From the NCBI RefSeq assembly GCF_018350175.1, contig NC_058383.1, positions 12,278,001-12,342,000 on the forward strand: a stretch of DNA of 64,000 nucleotides, read 5' to 3'. Source of the DNA: Felis catus (Eukaryota). A model generated the notes under the pieces. It worked only from the letters and a program-made list of their open reading frames with translations. It ran no database searches and was not told where the DNA came from. Each line of letters begins with the position of its first letter. Within the stretch, counting starts at the first letter, position 1. Shown here piece after piece: positions 12,445 through 24,156 of this stretch. The translations under genes were made by a program, and so were the position numbers.

Positions 12445-12671
12445 TTTTTTTTAATTTTTTTTTAAATTTTTTAATGTTAGTTTATTTTTGAGAGAGAGAG
12501 AGAGACGGAGCATGAGCGGGGCAGAGAGAGAGGGAGACACAGAATCCAAAGCAGGCTCCAGGCTCTGAGCTGTCAGCACAGATCCCAATGCGGGGCTCGA
12601 ACCCATGAACTGTGAGATCATGACCTGAACCAAAGTTGGTCCCTTAACCAACTGAGCCACCCAGGTGCCCC
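12445..12671 (-). mobile_element. CAN-SINE
   Basis: Full length; TSD caattttggctattttt. Confidence 0.95.
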
Positions 12672-12696
12672 AATTTTGGCTATTTTTTTTAAATGC

Positions 12697-12920
12697 GGGG
12701 CGCCTGGATGGCGCAGTCGGTTTAAGCGTCCCACTTCAGCCAGGTCACGATCTCGCGGTCCGGGAGTTCGAGCCCCGCGTCAGGCTCTGGGCTGATGGCT
12801 CAGAGCCTGGAGCCTGTTTCCGATTCTGTCTCCCTCTCTCTCTGCCCCTCCCCCGTTCATGCTCTGTCTCTCTCTGTCCCAAAAAAAATAAACGTTGAAA
12901 AAAAAATTAAAAAAAAAAAA
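12697..12920 (+). mobile_element. CAN-SINE, young felid subfamily (left arm of inverted pair)
   Basis: ggcgcagtcgg...cttcagccaggtcacgatctcgcgg; A-TT-A tail. Confidence 0.96.
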
Positions 12921-12966
12921 GAAAAGTATATTCTGTGCCCAAACAAGAATGTCCATAGTAGCATTT

Positions 12967-13197
12967 TATTTTATTTTTTTAATTTTTTTTTCAACGTTTT
13001 TATTTTATTTTTGGGACAGAGAGAGACAGAGCATGAACGGGGGAGGGGCAGAGAGAGAGGGAGACACAGAATCGGAAACAGGCTCCAGGCTCTGAGCCAT
13101 CAGCCCAGAGCCTGACGCGGGGCTCGAACTCCCGGACCGCGAGATCGTGACCTGGCTGAAGTCGGATGCTTAACCGACTGCGCCACCCAGGCGCCCC
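12967..13197 (-). mobile_element. CAN-SINE, young felid subfamily (right arm of inverted pair)
   Basis: cctggctgaagtcgg...gactgcgccacccaggcgcccc. Confidence 0.96.
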
Positions 13198-13476
13198 CAG
13201 AATATAGTTTTCTATTGAGCATCTACTCAGAATTGGGATTGCTGATTTATACAGTTACTGTGTGTTTGGCTTAAAGCCATACCACACCAAAATCTTCCAA
13301 AGAGAAGTTTGTTAACTGGTACAGTTAAATAATAAATCTTTAAAAAACAAAACACAGGAGAATACCTTCACGGAAGAGTTAGGCAAAGATTCTTGTGTTT
13401 GGGGCTTAAAAAAAAGCCTTGCCTACCTCTTCCATGAAAGTATTCTGTGTTTTCTCTTAGAAGATTTATTGTGTAG

Positions 13477-13746
13477 GGGCGCCTAGGTGGCTCAGTTGGT
13501 TAAGCACCCAACCTTGGCTCAGGTCAGAATCTTGAGATTTGTGAATTCGAACCCTGCATCAGGCTCTCTGTGATGTCAGCTCAGAGCCTGGAGCCTGCTT
13601 TGGATTCTGTGTCTCCCCCTTTCTCTTTGCCCCTCCCCTGCTCACACACTGTCTCTCTCAAAAATAAATACACATTGAAAAAATAATAAATAAATATATA
13701 AATAATAAATAAAATAAAATAAAATAACATAAATAAAATAAAAAAA
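13477..13746 (+). mobile_element. CAN-SINE with extended AT tail
   Basis: Full body, (taaaa)n tail; degenerate TSD aagattt. Confidence 0.94.
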
Positions 13747-13779
13747 GATTTTTTGTTTGCTTTTACCATTGAACCCAAA

Positions 13780-14180
13780 TTCTTTTTTTAATTATTTTTA
13801 TTCTATTTATTTATTTATTTTTAATGTGAAATTTATTGTCACATTGGTTTCCATACAACACCGCGTGCTCATCCCAAAAGGTGCCCTCCTCAATGCCCAT
13901 CACTCACCCTCCCCTCCCTCCCACCCCCCATCAACCCTCAGTTTGTTCTCAGTTTTTAAGAGTCTCTTATGGTTTGGCTCCCTCTTTCTCTAACTTTTTT
14001 TTTTTCTCCCCCCCCCCCCCGCCCCCGCCATGGTCTTCTGTTAAGTTTCTCAGGATCCACATAAGAGTGAAAACATATGGTATCTGTCTTTCTCTGTATG
14101 ATTGATTTCACTTAGCATAACACTCTCCAGTTCCATCCACGTTGCTACAAAAGGCCAGATTTCATTCTTTCTCATTGCCA
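13780..14180 (-). mobile_element. 5'-truncated felid LINE-1 3' end
   Basis: aaatttattgtcacattggtttccatacaacacc...catcaaccctcagtttgttctc...cacttagcataacactctccagttccatccacgttgc. Confidence 0.92.
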
Positions 14181-14199
14181 AGTTCTGTTGGAAGACTTT

Positions 14200-14630
14200 T
14201 GGTATGGTACAGGTGAGGTCAAGATTGCTTTTGTTTTTCCATGGGGATCAACAATTTACCCAGCCCCAAATAGTAATATGACCTACCTTTGTCCATATCA
14301 CATTAGAATCACGTTTGTCATACATCAACTGACCACCGTGTCTAGCCTTTTCCTACTCTCTTTACCTTTATTTTATTTTATTTGCCTTGAACCAAAACCA
14401 CATTATGATAATTACAGGAGACTGATAACGGTACACGAAAGTCTAAGTGTTCCTACTTTGTTTTTCTTCCAGATCATCTTGGCTATTCTTGGTCCTTTGT
14501 ATTTTTATATGACTTTTATGAGAAGCTTTTCAAATTCCATGTGATAAGGCTGTTAAGACTTTGATTGTGGTGATATTGAAATGTAGGTCAATTTTAGGAG
14601 AATTGATGCCTTTACTATTCCAACACATTA
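14200..14630 (-). mobile_element. Old L1M ORF2-region fragment
   Basis: cctactttgtttttcttccagatcatcttggctattcttggtcctttg...gtcaattttaggagaattga. Confidence 0.7.
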
Positions 14631-14660
14631 ACATGGTATAACCCTCAACTGACTTAAGTC

Positions 14661-14892
14661 TTTTTTTAAACATTTATTTATTTTTGAGAGAGAGACAGAG
14701 ACAGAGACAGAGACAGAAACAGGGTGTGAGGAGGGGAGGGGCAGAGAGAGAGAGGGAGACACAGAATCTGAAGCAGCTCCAGGCTCTGAGCTGTCAGCAC
14801 AGAGCCTGATGCGGGGCTTGAACTCGTGAACCGTGAGATCCTGACCTGAGCCAAAGCTGGGCACTTAACCAACTGAGCCACCCAGGTGCCCC
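14661..14892 (-). mobile_element. CAN-SINE
   Basis: Full length with (gagaca)n expansion. Confidence 0.94.
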
Positions 14893-14946
14893 TGGTCTCC
14901 TTAGTTTAAAGTCGAGGAGTTGACAGACCCGCATTCCTTCTGGAAG

Positions 14947-15083
14947 CTGACTGACTTATTTCGCTTCGCATAATACACTCTGGGTCCATCCACATTGTTG
15001 CAAATGGCAAGATTTCATTCTTTTTGATCGCTGAGTAATATCCCTTGTACATATATACCACATCTTCTCCAGCCACTCATCAA
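14947..15083 (-). mobile_element. Carnivore L1 fragment (end of ORF2), antisense
   Basis: ctgacttatttcgctt...gcaaatggcaagatttcattcttttt...ataccacatcttc. Confidence 0.88.
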
Positions 15084-15705
15084 CACTAAAAGGCAACCGA
15101 CGGAATGGGAGAAGATATTTGCAAAACACATATCAGATAAAGGGCTAGTATCCAAAATCTATGAAGAAATGATCAAACTCAACACCCCAAAAATAAATAA
15201 TCCAGTGAAGAAATGGGCAGAAGACATGAACAGACACTTTTCCAAAGAAGACCTCCACATGGCTAACAGACACGTGAAAAGATGCTCAACGTCGCTCCTC
15301 ATCAGGGAACTACAAATCAAAGCCACAAAGAGATCCCACCTGACACCTGTCAGCATGGCTAATATGAACAACTCAGGCATCAACCGATGTTGGCGAGGAT
15401 GCGGAGAAAGAGGATCCCTTTGGCACGGCTGGTGGGAATGCAAACTGGTGCAGCCACTCCGGAAGACAGTATGGAGGTTCCTCAAAAAATTAAAAATAGA
15501 ACCACCCTACGACCAACCAGCAACTTCACTGGTAGGTATTTATCCAAAGGATACAAAAATGCTGATTCAAAGGGGCCCGTGCACCCCCCGTGTTTATAGC
15601 AGCACTATCAACAATAGCCAAAGTATGGAAAGAGCCCAAATGTCCATTGACTGATGAATGGATAAAGAAGATGTGGTGTGTGTAGACAATGGAATATTAG
15701 TGATC
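15084..15705 (+). mobile_element. Carnivore L1 ORF2 C-terminal fragment (non-functional)
   Basis: ORF 15169-15654: [19 protein letters not shown]...[18 protein letters not shown], the L1 ORF2 C-x3-C-x7-H-x4-C motif; frameshifted near end. Confidence 0.95.
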
Positions 15706-16676
15706 AAACCTTGTTTTCTAAATACCTTTTTCCAATAGAAGGTACCAGGACTTTTCAAAGAAATGACTGATCCTAGGGTTTGGATAGCAGACGAAAAGAT
15801 ATACTAGAACATTTGTGAGTGTGTGTGCACATCAGAAGGTAATTAAGTGCCCCTGCCCCCAATGACACAGTATGTCAGAACGTTACAGGAGACAACATAT
15901 GAAAATAAATCATGGGAATAACAGATTATAGTGCAATGAATAGAAAGGAACCTGTGAATTATACTGAGATGAAATATGTAAGTGATTAGATGAATGAATG
16001 AATGAATGAATAGTTTTTCTTAACCACAGGCCAACTAGTAAGCGTATGAAGGAAAGAAGTTAGAAAAATCACCATTTTGCAACCATCAATGTAATAGCAG
16101 ACCCAGGCAAAAATCATCAACAGATTCCAAACTATTCTAATTCCACTGAGTGAAAGTAGGTTCAGGAGCAAGGCATTTATACCGTCTCAAGTTATCTCCC
16201 AGCGGATTACTCGTTAATTACAAAAGGGAAAGAGAGTCCTGCACAGTGAAGGAATCTGATAGACAGCACCTTAACTGGGTGATAAAAGTTACATCAGTAA
16301 TAACGGTACAAACTGACATCATAGGAGGACTCGCGATGCGATAGCAAAAAAGATGTAACATCCTCGGGGTAGGGTTCCAAAAAATCCGCGAGAAAACACT
16401 TAGATCAACTGTGCAATGCGATCAGCTTGTATGCTTCAAAATGCTAATGTCATGAAGATAAGGAAAGACTGAAACATTGTTCCAGATGAAAGAAAACTAA
16501 AGGCTGTACGTGACCCTGGAGTGATCCTTGCCTGGAGAAAAAAAAAATTGCTATAAAGGACGACATTGACACAATCAGTGAAGTTTGAACATGGACTTTA
16601 TAGTAGATACTAATATCGAATCGGTGCGGCATTGTCTTAATTTTAGAGTGGTTGTACAAAAAAAAAAATCTCATTC

Positions 16677-16912
16677 TTTTTTTTTTTATTTTTTTTTAAA
16701 TTATTTTTTCAACGTTTATTTATTTTTGGGACAGAGAGAGACAGAGCATGTACGGGGGAGGGGCAGAGAGAGAGGGAGACTCAGAATCAGAAACAGGCTC
16801 CAGGCTCTGAGCCATCAGCCCAGAGCCCGACGCGGGGCTCAAACTCACGGACCGCGAGATCGTCACCTGGCTGAAGTCGGACGCTTAACCGACTGCGCCA
16901 CCCAAGCGCCCC
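16677..16912 (-). mobile_element. CAN-SINE, young felid subfamily
   Basis: TSD aaaaatctcattctt; cctggctgaagtcgg...gactgcgcc. Confidence 0.96.
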
Positions 16913-16998
16913 AAAAATCTCATTCTTAAGGAAAGAATCCTGACTTATTGAAGGGTGAAAGACCATGAGATCTTCAACTTAGTAAGTGTTTCAGCAAA

Positions 16999-17205
16999 GG
17001 GGCGCCTGGGTGGCTCAGTCGGTTGGGCGTCCAACTTCGGCTCAGGTCATGATCTCGCGGTTCGTGGGTTTGAGCCCCTCGTCAGGCTCTGTGCCTACAG
17101 CTCGGAGCCTGGAGCCTGCTCCGGAGTCCATGTCCCCTTCTCTCTCCGCCCCACCCCCGCTTGCATTCTGTCCCTCTCCCTCCCAGAAATAAACAAACAT
17201 TAAAA
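16999..17205 (+). mobile_element. CAN-SINE
   Basis: ggggcgcctgggtggctcagtcggtt head to aataaacaaacattaaaa. Confidence 0.94.
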
Positions 17206-18304
17206 TTTTTTTTTTTTTAATGAATCGTCACATGCAGCAAAACTTTAACAAGTGGTGAATCTGGGTGAAAGGTCAAGGAAAGCACATGGAACTCTCTTGG
17301 CAACTTTCTCCGGGGTAGATTTTTTTTTCCAAGAGTTTGAGAAATGCTTTCTAACTCGCACTTGTACTTCTCCTCTGATTCCGCCATACTTTAGAAATCA
17401 CCTTGCTCATTTTCCTTCCAAATGTGAAACGTAGACAGTGACCTTCTTGTTATTGACTTCGAGCCACTCACAGATGGGAAATGTCCTCAACGCGAAAGAG
17501 GAGCTGGGTGGCCTGCCTCGTGTATTTCCCTTCCTCTGGGGATCTTGAACCCCCATGGCTTCCTTGGTTCCCTCCAATGCCTTCAAACAGCTAGTGTGGG
17601 CTTCCGTTTAATCAAGTGGGTTTGGGTATTAAAATCCAACTATCATAGTTATTCGTGGCAGACAAAGTGGTCTAAGGCAAGCTATTCCATCAGAGAAGAA
17701 TGCAAAAGTTGGGCTGCACCATATCTTAGCACTGGATGTGCCAGTAGCATGAACTACCAGAAAGCAAGTCCCAAGGGCAGAAGAATGTAGCACCCAGAAC
17801 GTGACCCTGAGATCCTCTCGTGGTAAAAAGAGCCTTCATGTTTCTCTAAATCCCCAGAGACAAATGTCTGCGGGGTCTTGAGTGTTTGCTAAATGTATGA
17901 ATAAAGGAGAAAATGATGTCAGCCTGGCATGCACACCAAGGGCACCATGGATGACCTACTACCCACCAGTAAGACTTGCCCATTGTGGAAAACACCGATA
18001 GTCAGCTCTGGGCCAACATTTGGCCAAGAAGCCCCTGCCGTCAGGAATGATGGATTCCACGACAGTGAGTCAACACGGGATCGAAGCATGGCCTCATCAG
18101 CCTGTCTTCAACAGATGAACCCTCCCAATACGCCTCAAACAATCTTCTTTGCCACCAAAATGTTGTTAGCATGAGTCTAGAGTTCAGTTTTGGAGGAAAA
18201 GAGCCAATGTTATTCTTTTAATCTGTACCAAACAGTGAAACACAGGACCTGGCTTACATATCTTCAACAGAGGACTGGCCTGGCAATTACGATATAGTCT
18301 TATT

Positions 18305-18515
18305 GGGATGCCTGGGTGGCTCAGTCAGTTACGCGTCTGACTTCGGCTCATGGTCCGTGAGTTCGAGCCCCACGTCGGGCTCTGTGCTGACAGCTCAGAG
18401 CCTGGAGCCTGCTTCGGATTCTGTCTCCCTCTCTCTCTGTCCCTCCCCGCTCACCCGGTGTCTCTCTCCCTCTCTCTCGAAACTAAATAAACATTTAAAA
18501 AATTTAAATAATACA
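18305..18515 (+). mobile_element. CAN-SINE
   Basis: Full body with small internal deletion; degenerate TSD tatag(t/c)ctt. Confidence 0.93.
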
Positions 18516-18654
18516 AAGTATAGCCTTGTAATAAATGACTACTCGCCTATTTTAAATGATAATGAGGGGAAATATTTAATGACATGACAGAGCGTCCCTA
18601 GAATAAGCCATCATACTTACACATGTAGCTACACATAAGTGTAGTGTGGCTGCA

Positions 18655-18864
18655 TTTTTTTTTAACGTTTATTTATTTTTGAGACAGAGAGAGACAGAGC
18701 ATGAACGGGGGAGGGGCAGAGAGAGGCAGACACAGAATCCGAAGCAGGCTCCAGGCTCCGAACCGTCAGCACAGAGCCCGACGCGGGGCTCGAACTCACG
18801 GACTGCGAGACCATGACCTGAGCCGAAGTTGGCTGCCCAACCGACTGAGCCACCTAGGCGCCCC
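18655..18864 (-). mobile_element. CAN-SINE
   Basis: TSD tggctgcattttt. Confidence 0.95.
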
Positions 18865-19285
18865 TATGGCTGCATTTTTTCAAAAGACTATATATGTGCA
18901 TAAAGGTTCTGAATAGATATCAAAATATTAATATCCTTTGACCAAGAGATGATGGCTTATAAAAGTTTTCTTCTTTGCCTGGCCTACAATTATAAATGTT
19001 TTCTAAAAAATGCTTCTACTTAAGAATTGTAATTTTTAAAAGGGCTTCTTTCAGAGGTGGCTTTTTCCAAGGGGAGGAAGGAAGACGTCGGTTTCTTGAG
19101 GCTTTATGAGGATAAAGGTCTCTGCCTGTTGTTATCGACTAGAAGGGACAAGGTAGCCCGGCCCAGAGACGAGCGTGTTATGAGGGCTTCTGTCAGCCAG
19201 GCTGGTGATGGGTGACGCTGCCCTTGGCTGGCCACACGTCACTGTGATGGACAGGAAACCAAAACCCTTTAGAGGCCGAGGGACC

Positions 19286-19430
19286 GGCTGAATTCCCACC
19301 TTGCTTCTTACTAGCTGTGTGATGTTAAGGAAGTCAACTAACTTCTCTGAGCTGCACGTCTGCACCCATAAGCTAACGTGGTGACGGCCACCATTTAGAA
19401 CAGACGTGAAGATATCCTAAACTGCTCAGT
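19286..19430 (+). mobile_element. MIR fragment
   Basis: gaattcccacc...cttactagctgtgtgatgttaaggaagtc...aacttctctgagc (MIR core). Confidence 0.7.
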
Positions 19431-19644
19431 CCTGCCCCCCCAGCCCCATGAGGTATTTGGCATGTAGTTTGTTCCACATCTTGGTGACAAGGGAACTTGT
19501 CATAGTTACTCTTGGCTTGGCAACCAGATGGTTACAGAATATTCCCCAACCCGTGCCCATTCATTGACAGGCCGCGTCCTCAAAATTGGATGGTTTTATG
19601 CCAAAGCCTGTTCTCTTAACGCTATGCTAAACTAGCCTTCTCCT

Positions 19645-19834
19645 TTTTTTTTTTTTTTAAAGTTTATTCATTTATTCTGAGACAGAGAGAGCGGGAGACG
19701 GACAGAGAGAGGAAGAGAGAGAGAGAATCCCAAGCAAGGCTCTGCATACACGGCACGGAGCCCCATGCAGGGCTCGCACTCAAGCCGAAACCGAGAGTTA
19801 GGCACTTCACCGACTGAGCCTCCCAGGCGCCCCT
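19645..19834 (-). mobile_element. CAN-SINE
   Basis: TSD taaacta(g/c)c; ends cccaggcgcccc. Confidence 0.92.
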
Positions 19835-20036
19835 AAACTACCTTTCCTAATGTCAATAACGCTCCCCCTGTACTGGTGTTGTAAAGAGTAAACCGATAAT
19901 ATTTGAGGAAGTATCTGACAGGGTCTTTGCAAACAATTCTCAATAAATGCTTGTTAGCGCATTTGCTGGTTTGTTCAAACGTAGACGCCTACGCAACAGG
20001 ACAAAAAGATTCTCCAGCCGTCCAGAAGGCGAGTAC

Positions 20037-20263
20037 TTTTTTTTTTTAAGTTTATTTATTTATTTTGAGAGAGAGAGAGAGAGAGAGAACAAGCAGGGGA
20101 GGGGCAGAGAGAGAGGGAGACACAGAATCTGAAACAGGCTCCAGGCTCCGAGCTGTCAGCACAGAGCCCGACGCGGGGCTCGAACTCACAAACCGTGAGA
20201 TCGCGACCTGAGCTGTAATCAAGAGAGTCCAGCACTTAACCGACTGAGCCACCCGGGCGCCCC
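20037..20263 (-). mobile_element. CAN-SINE
   Basis: Full length. Confidence 0.94.
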
Positions 20264-20779
20264 CAGAAGACAAGTTCTTGTCAAACTGCCAAGACAAGGC
20301 GTCACTACATAACAGCATCTTTGGAACTGTCCTCTGCCCAGGAACCCCTCGTCACATGTAAAGAAACAAAATAAGGCAGCTTCCTAAAAATTACGTTTGG
20401 GGCTTGCGGATAAGGGACCAGGGCAGCTCAGATTCCCCCAAGGATGCGTCGCTGGTTGGTGTTCCTCTCTGCTGGTGACTCCAGGATGCCCTCCGGGGGA
20501 CCTTTATGGGGGAGCCACCACACCCCCTCATTCCCAGCCGTCCCCGCAGGGGCAGGAATGCGGCGAGGAGTCCCTGGGAGCCAAGGCCTGCAGGAGGGAG
20601 GACGCCCAATGTCATTACTGCCGGACTGGAACGGGTCCCTTGGAGAAGCACTCATTGACCGGTTCGGGCCGGTTGATTACCTGGACCAGCTCCACACCCC
20701 GCCTACGAAGGAAAGAACAGAGGCAGAAACCCAGCCAACATCCAACAGAAATAACACAGCACTCAAAGCAGGCTCTTAA

Positions 20780-20975
20780 CCACACCTACCTGTTGTTTAA
20801 TATTGTGCAGCAAGCTCTATACAGAGAACCCAATGGACGCCATCCCATCAGACTTGACAGTAATCTCTATGAGGTAGTTCTCATCGTCCCATTTCACAGA
20901 CAAGTAGACTGAGACCCAAGGAGCTGAAGTAACTTGAGCTAAAGGTTCAGCATTGGAATGCAGGCTTCCAGCACG
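20780..20975 (-). mobile_element. MIR fragment
   Basis: ctatgaggtag...cccatttcacagacaagtagactgagacc...aagtaacttg. Confidence 0.75.
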
Positions 20976-21228
20976 TGCGTGAGAAGGTCGATTCACATCG
21001 GAGAAGGCGGCTTGACTTGCAGCAAAGCCGACTAATTTGCTTTTCACGGTCCACGGAGATCCTATGGGAAATTCTTCAGTAACGGACCCAGTGACGTTTT
21101 CAGACCCTCCAGCACAATGCTTAGTGTGTCAGTGAATTCTTTTATGTTTTAAGTTTATTTATTTGTGTTGATGGACAGAGCACCTACTATATGGCTGGGA
21201 AATGAAGGAAAATATAAATAGAACATTG

Positions 21229-21429
21229 AGAGGCGCCTGGGTGGCTGAGCCCGTTAAGCATCCGGCTTCGGCTCAGGCCATTGATCCCACGGTTCGTGGG
21301 TTCGAGCCCCGCGTTGGGCTCTGTGCTGACGGCTCAGAGCCTGGAGCCTGCTTCGGATTCTGTGTCTCCCTCTCTCTCTGCCCCTCCCCTGCTTGTTCTC
21401 TCTCTCTCTCTCTCAAAAATAAATATTTA
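21229..21429 (+). mobile_element. CAN-SINE (host of the next copy)
   Basis: Full body; tail interrupted by a second SINE. Confidence 0.93.
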
Positions 21430-21663
21430 GGGGCGCCTGGGTGGCGCAGTCGGTTAAGCGTCCGACTTCAGCCAGGTCACGATCTCACGGTCTGTGAGTT
21501 CGAGCCCCGCGTCGGGCTCTGGGCTGATGGCTCAGAGCCTGGAGCCTGTTTCCGATTCTGTGTCTCCCTCACTCTCTGCCCCTCCCCCGTTCATGCTCTG
21601 TCTCTCTCTGTCCCAAAAATAAATAAACGTTGAAAAAAAAAAATTAAAAAAAAAAAACCTACG
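21430..21663 (+). mobile_element. Young felid CAN-SINE inserted into the tail of the preceding SINE
   Basis: TSD aaaaataaatattta (21415-21429 and 21665-21679). Confidence 0.95.
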
Positions 21664-23219
21664 AAAAATAAATATTTAAAAAAATAAACCTTTTTTTAAT
21701 AAAAAAAAAAATGGTAACGATCAATCAGGAGCCAACCCAAAGCCCTTACTTTCAGATAGTTGAATTCCTTGTGTTGTGTAGTGACACGAATCGGGTCACC
21801 AAAGAAATCCCGTGGCTTTCTGCGTGCAGTCGGGGTCAAAGGTCAAAGGATTTAGGTTGTCCTGGTCTGCACCGCGTACCCACTGTTTGCATTAGCGACT
21901 GTGACATCGGGGTAAAATACGATGAGTGGCCCAGCCTGGGTTCCATACTCACCTCCCTAACTGGAAGTGACAATGTGTGTGATCAGCACCCCCTCCCCCT
22001 GAAGCCAGTTGTTCTCACCGCCATGATGTACAGTGAAACAATCACTTCTCAAACCTGGGCTCCTTTCCCGGACAAAGGTTAGCAGGGAAAGGTATGAATT
22101 CCTAAGTGCCCGAAAGGGTCTGAAAAATGTCACTTGGATCCCCCTATGCCTTCACCGAAGAATTTTCGATGGGATCGCCGTGGACTGTGAAAAAGAAATT
22201 AATCGGCTTTGCTGGAAGTCAAGCCGCCTTCTGCGATTTGAATCAACCTTCTCGTGTTTGTGCCGGAACCGTGCGTCCCAAATTAAACTGGTCGACGTTC
22301 TGTTCCATAAACACTTTTCGTACCTTTCCATCTCCGAGCTTTGTCACCGTGTGGTTTCTTCTGCCTAGAGAGGAGGTCTTGCTTCTCCATACGTCTACTA
22401 CCTGTCAGTGCCCTCCTTCCCGAGCCAACCAGGGCCAAGAACCTCCTCTCTCCCTTCTGAAATCCCCCAGCACCGTTTGAAGCCACATGCTGGCTTGTTG
22501 ATCAAAAACGAGACGGTGCATTTAAAGCAGCCACACCAGACCTCCGTCCCCTTCCGCGATCGCAAATAACCATCACCATGATTGCAGTTGCAGTGGATCT
22601 CATTTCTCCCCCCCGCGATGTGGGACGGATATTTGCTCCGCGGAGAACTAGATGCACAACTAGATGGACAGAGAAACAAAAATAGTGAATACGTTGTTCT
22701 CAGGTTGCAAATCTTAGCATGGATGTGTTGTGCATTGTTACAAATTTTTCAATTGAGACCTTTTTTTTTCTTTTTCTTTTTTTTTTTTTAATGAAAATCC
22801 TCAAACGTTTGAAAGGACCCCTGCGAGGGGCTTTATCAAATCCTTCAGTGTGCCGGCGTCCCTCAATTTATCAACTGTGCACTGTTGGTCCCACAAAGAG
22901 CAGCAGCCTTCTGGGGGTCCCTTTTTTCACAAAGTTACAAAGTGCCTCAGGTTTCCGGAGAGTTACTGATCCAAGGGAAAGGGAGGAGACAGGAACAAAA
23001 GCCACGTGGAAAATCTGGTGCTGCTGGTGCCCAGAGGCGCTGGCTGGCTGGGCCGGTGGCCGGCGTCTTGCTTACAGACACGCCTTGGAGCCCTCGGGGG
23101 TCAGGGCAACGTATTCAAGTTCACGGGCGTCACGGTCCTCAAATGCCAAGAATCGACCCTCGCTGTAATGGGTCTGGCACCACTGGGGATCCAGTGAAGG
23201 TCTAAAACACACTAAATTA

Positions 23220-23448
23220 GGGGCGCCTGGGCGGCTCAGTCGGTTAAGCATCCAACTCTTGATTTCAGATCAGGTCACGATCTCGCGGTGCGTGGAATCA
23301 AGCCCTGCGTCCAGCTCTGTGCTTGACAGCTGGAGGCCTGCTTGGGATTTTGTCTGTCTGTCTGTCTGCCTGTCTCTCTCTCCCCCTTCCCCCCAACTCT
23401 CTCAAAATAAATGGACTTTACCAAAAATAAATAAATAAATAAATAAAT
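23220..23448 (+). mobile_element. CAN-SINE
   Basis: TSD cactaaatta. Confidence 0.94.
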
Positions 23449-23466
23449 CACTAAATTAAGCAATTA

Positions 23467-23688
23467 CAGCAAAACCTCGGCTTGCGAGCATCATTCACTC
23501 CGGAAACAGGCTTGTAATCCAAAGCACTCGTGTATCACGGTGAATTACAAGAACCATTGGCTCAGTAGTGATCATGTGACGTCCGGCATCACCTACGACT
23601 CATATTGCAACACATTACTCGTTTATCAAGTTACAGTTAATTACGAAACACTCGCAGAACAAGTCACTCGCAATCCGAGGTTTGACTG
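23467..23688. mobile_element. Non-autonomous Tc1/mariner-pogo (Tigger-like) MITE
   Basis: 22-bp imperfect TIRs cagcaaaacctcggcttgcgag / ctcgcaatccgaggtttgactg; TA at left flank, GA at right. Confidence 0.85.
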
Positions 23689-23947
23689 GACTCTGTTCCC
23701 ACGCTTTTATGAACGAGACAATTCACTGTTTATATTTTGAGAGCAGTGGGCGTGTGTGCGCGAATGTGTATGTGCGTTGTGTGTGTATGTGCGCGATTTA
23801 AGATTCTAAACATATATTCACATGTAATGCGACATGCATAAATTTTAATTATACGTAGTATATATCTAACCATATTAATATCTTCATATATTTCGTATCT
23901 ATGTTTAAATTATCTTGTGATTTATTGTACGAATATATATATATATA

Positions 23948-24156
23948 TTTTTAAATTTTTTTTAACGTTTATTTATTTTTGAGACAGAGAGAGACAGAGG
24001 GGAGGGTCAGAGAGAGAGGGAGACACAGAATCCGAAACAGGCTCCAGGCTCCGAGCGGTCAGCACAGAGCCTGATGCGGGGCTCGAACTCACGGACCGCG
24101 AGATCATGACCTGAGCCGAAGTCGGACGCCTAACCGACTGAGCCACCCAGGCGCCC
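23948..24156 (-). mobile_element. CAN-SINE in (TA)-rich DNA
   Basis: TSD acgaatatatatat. Confidence 0.95.

Larger units (their letters stand above)
11960..13320 (-). mobile_element. Old L1M (L1ME/MC-like) 3' region, antisense, disrupted by four SINEs
   Basis: caaaggtaaccaatgtattgact...ttaggttatttccaattttggcta...aattgggattgctg are antisense L1 3'-region motifs. Confidence 0.7.
15710..17335 (+). mobile_element. Old L1MC-like 3' UTR region interrupted by two SINEs
   Basis: aaatcaccattttgcaaccatca...ttaattacaaaagggaaa...gctataaaggac...ggtgaatctgggtgaaagg...cttggcaactttctc. Confidence 0.75.

Noticed and set aside
15169..15654. 161-aa ORF with a Cys/His motif
   Set aside because: Truncated, frameshifted L1 ORF2 C-terminus; not a host gene
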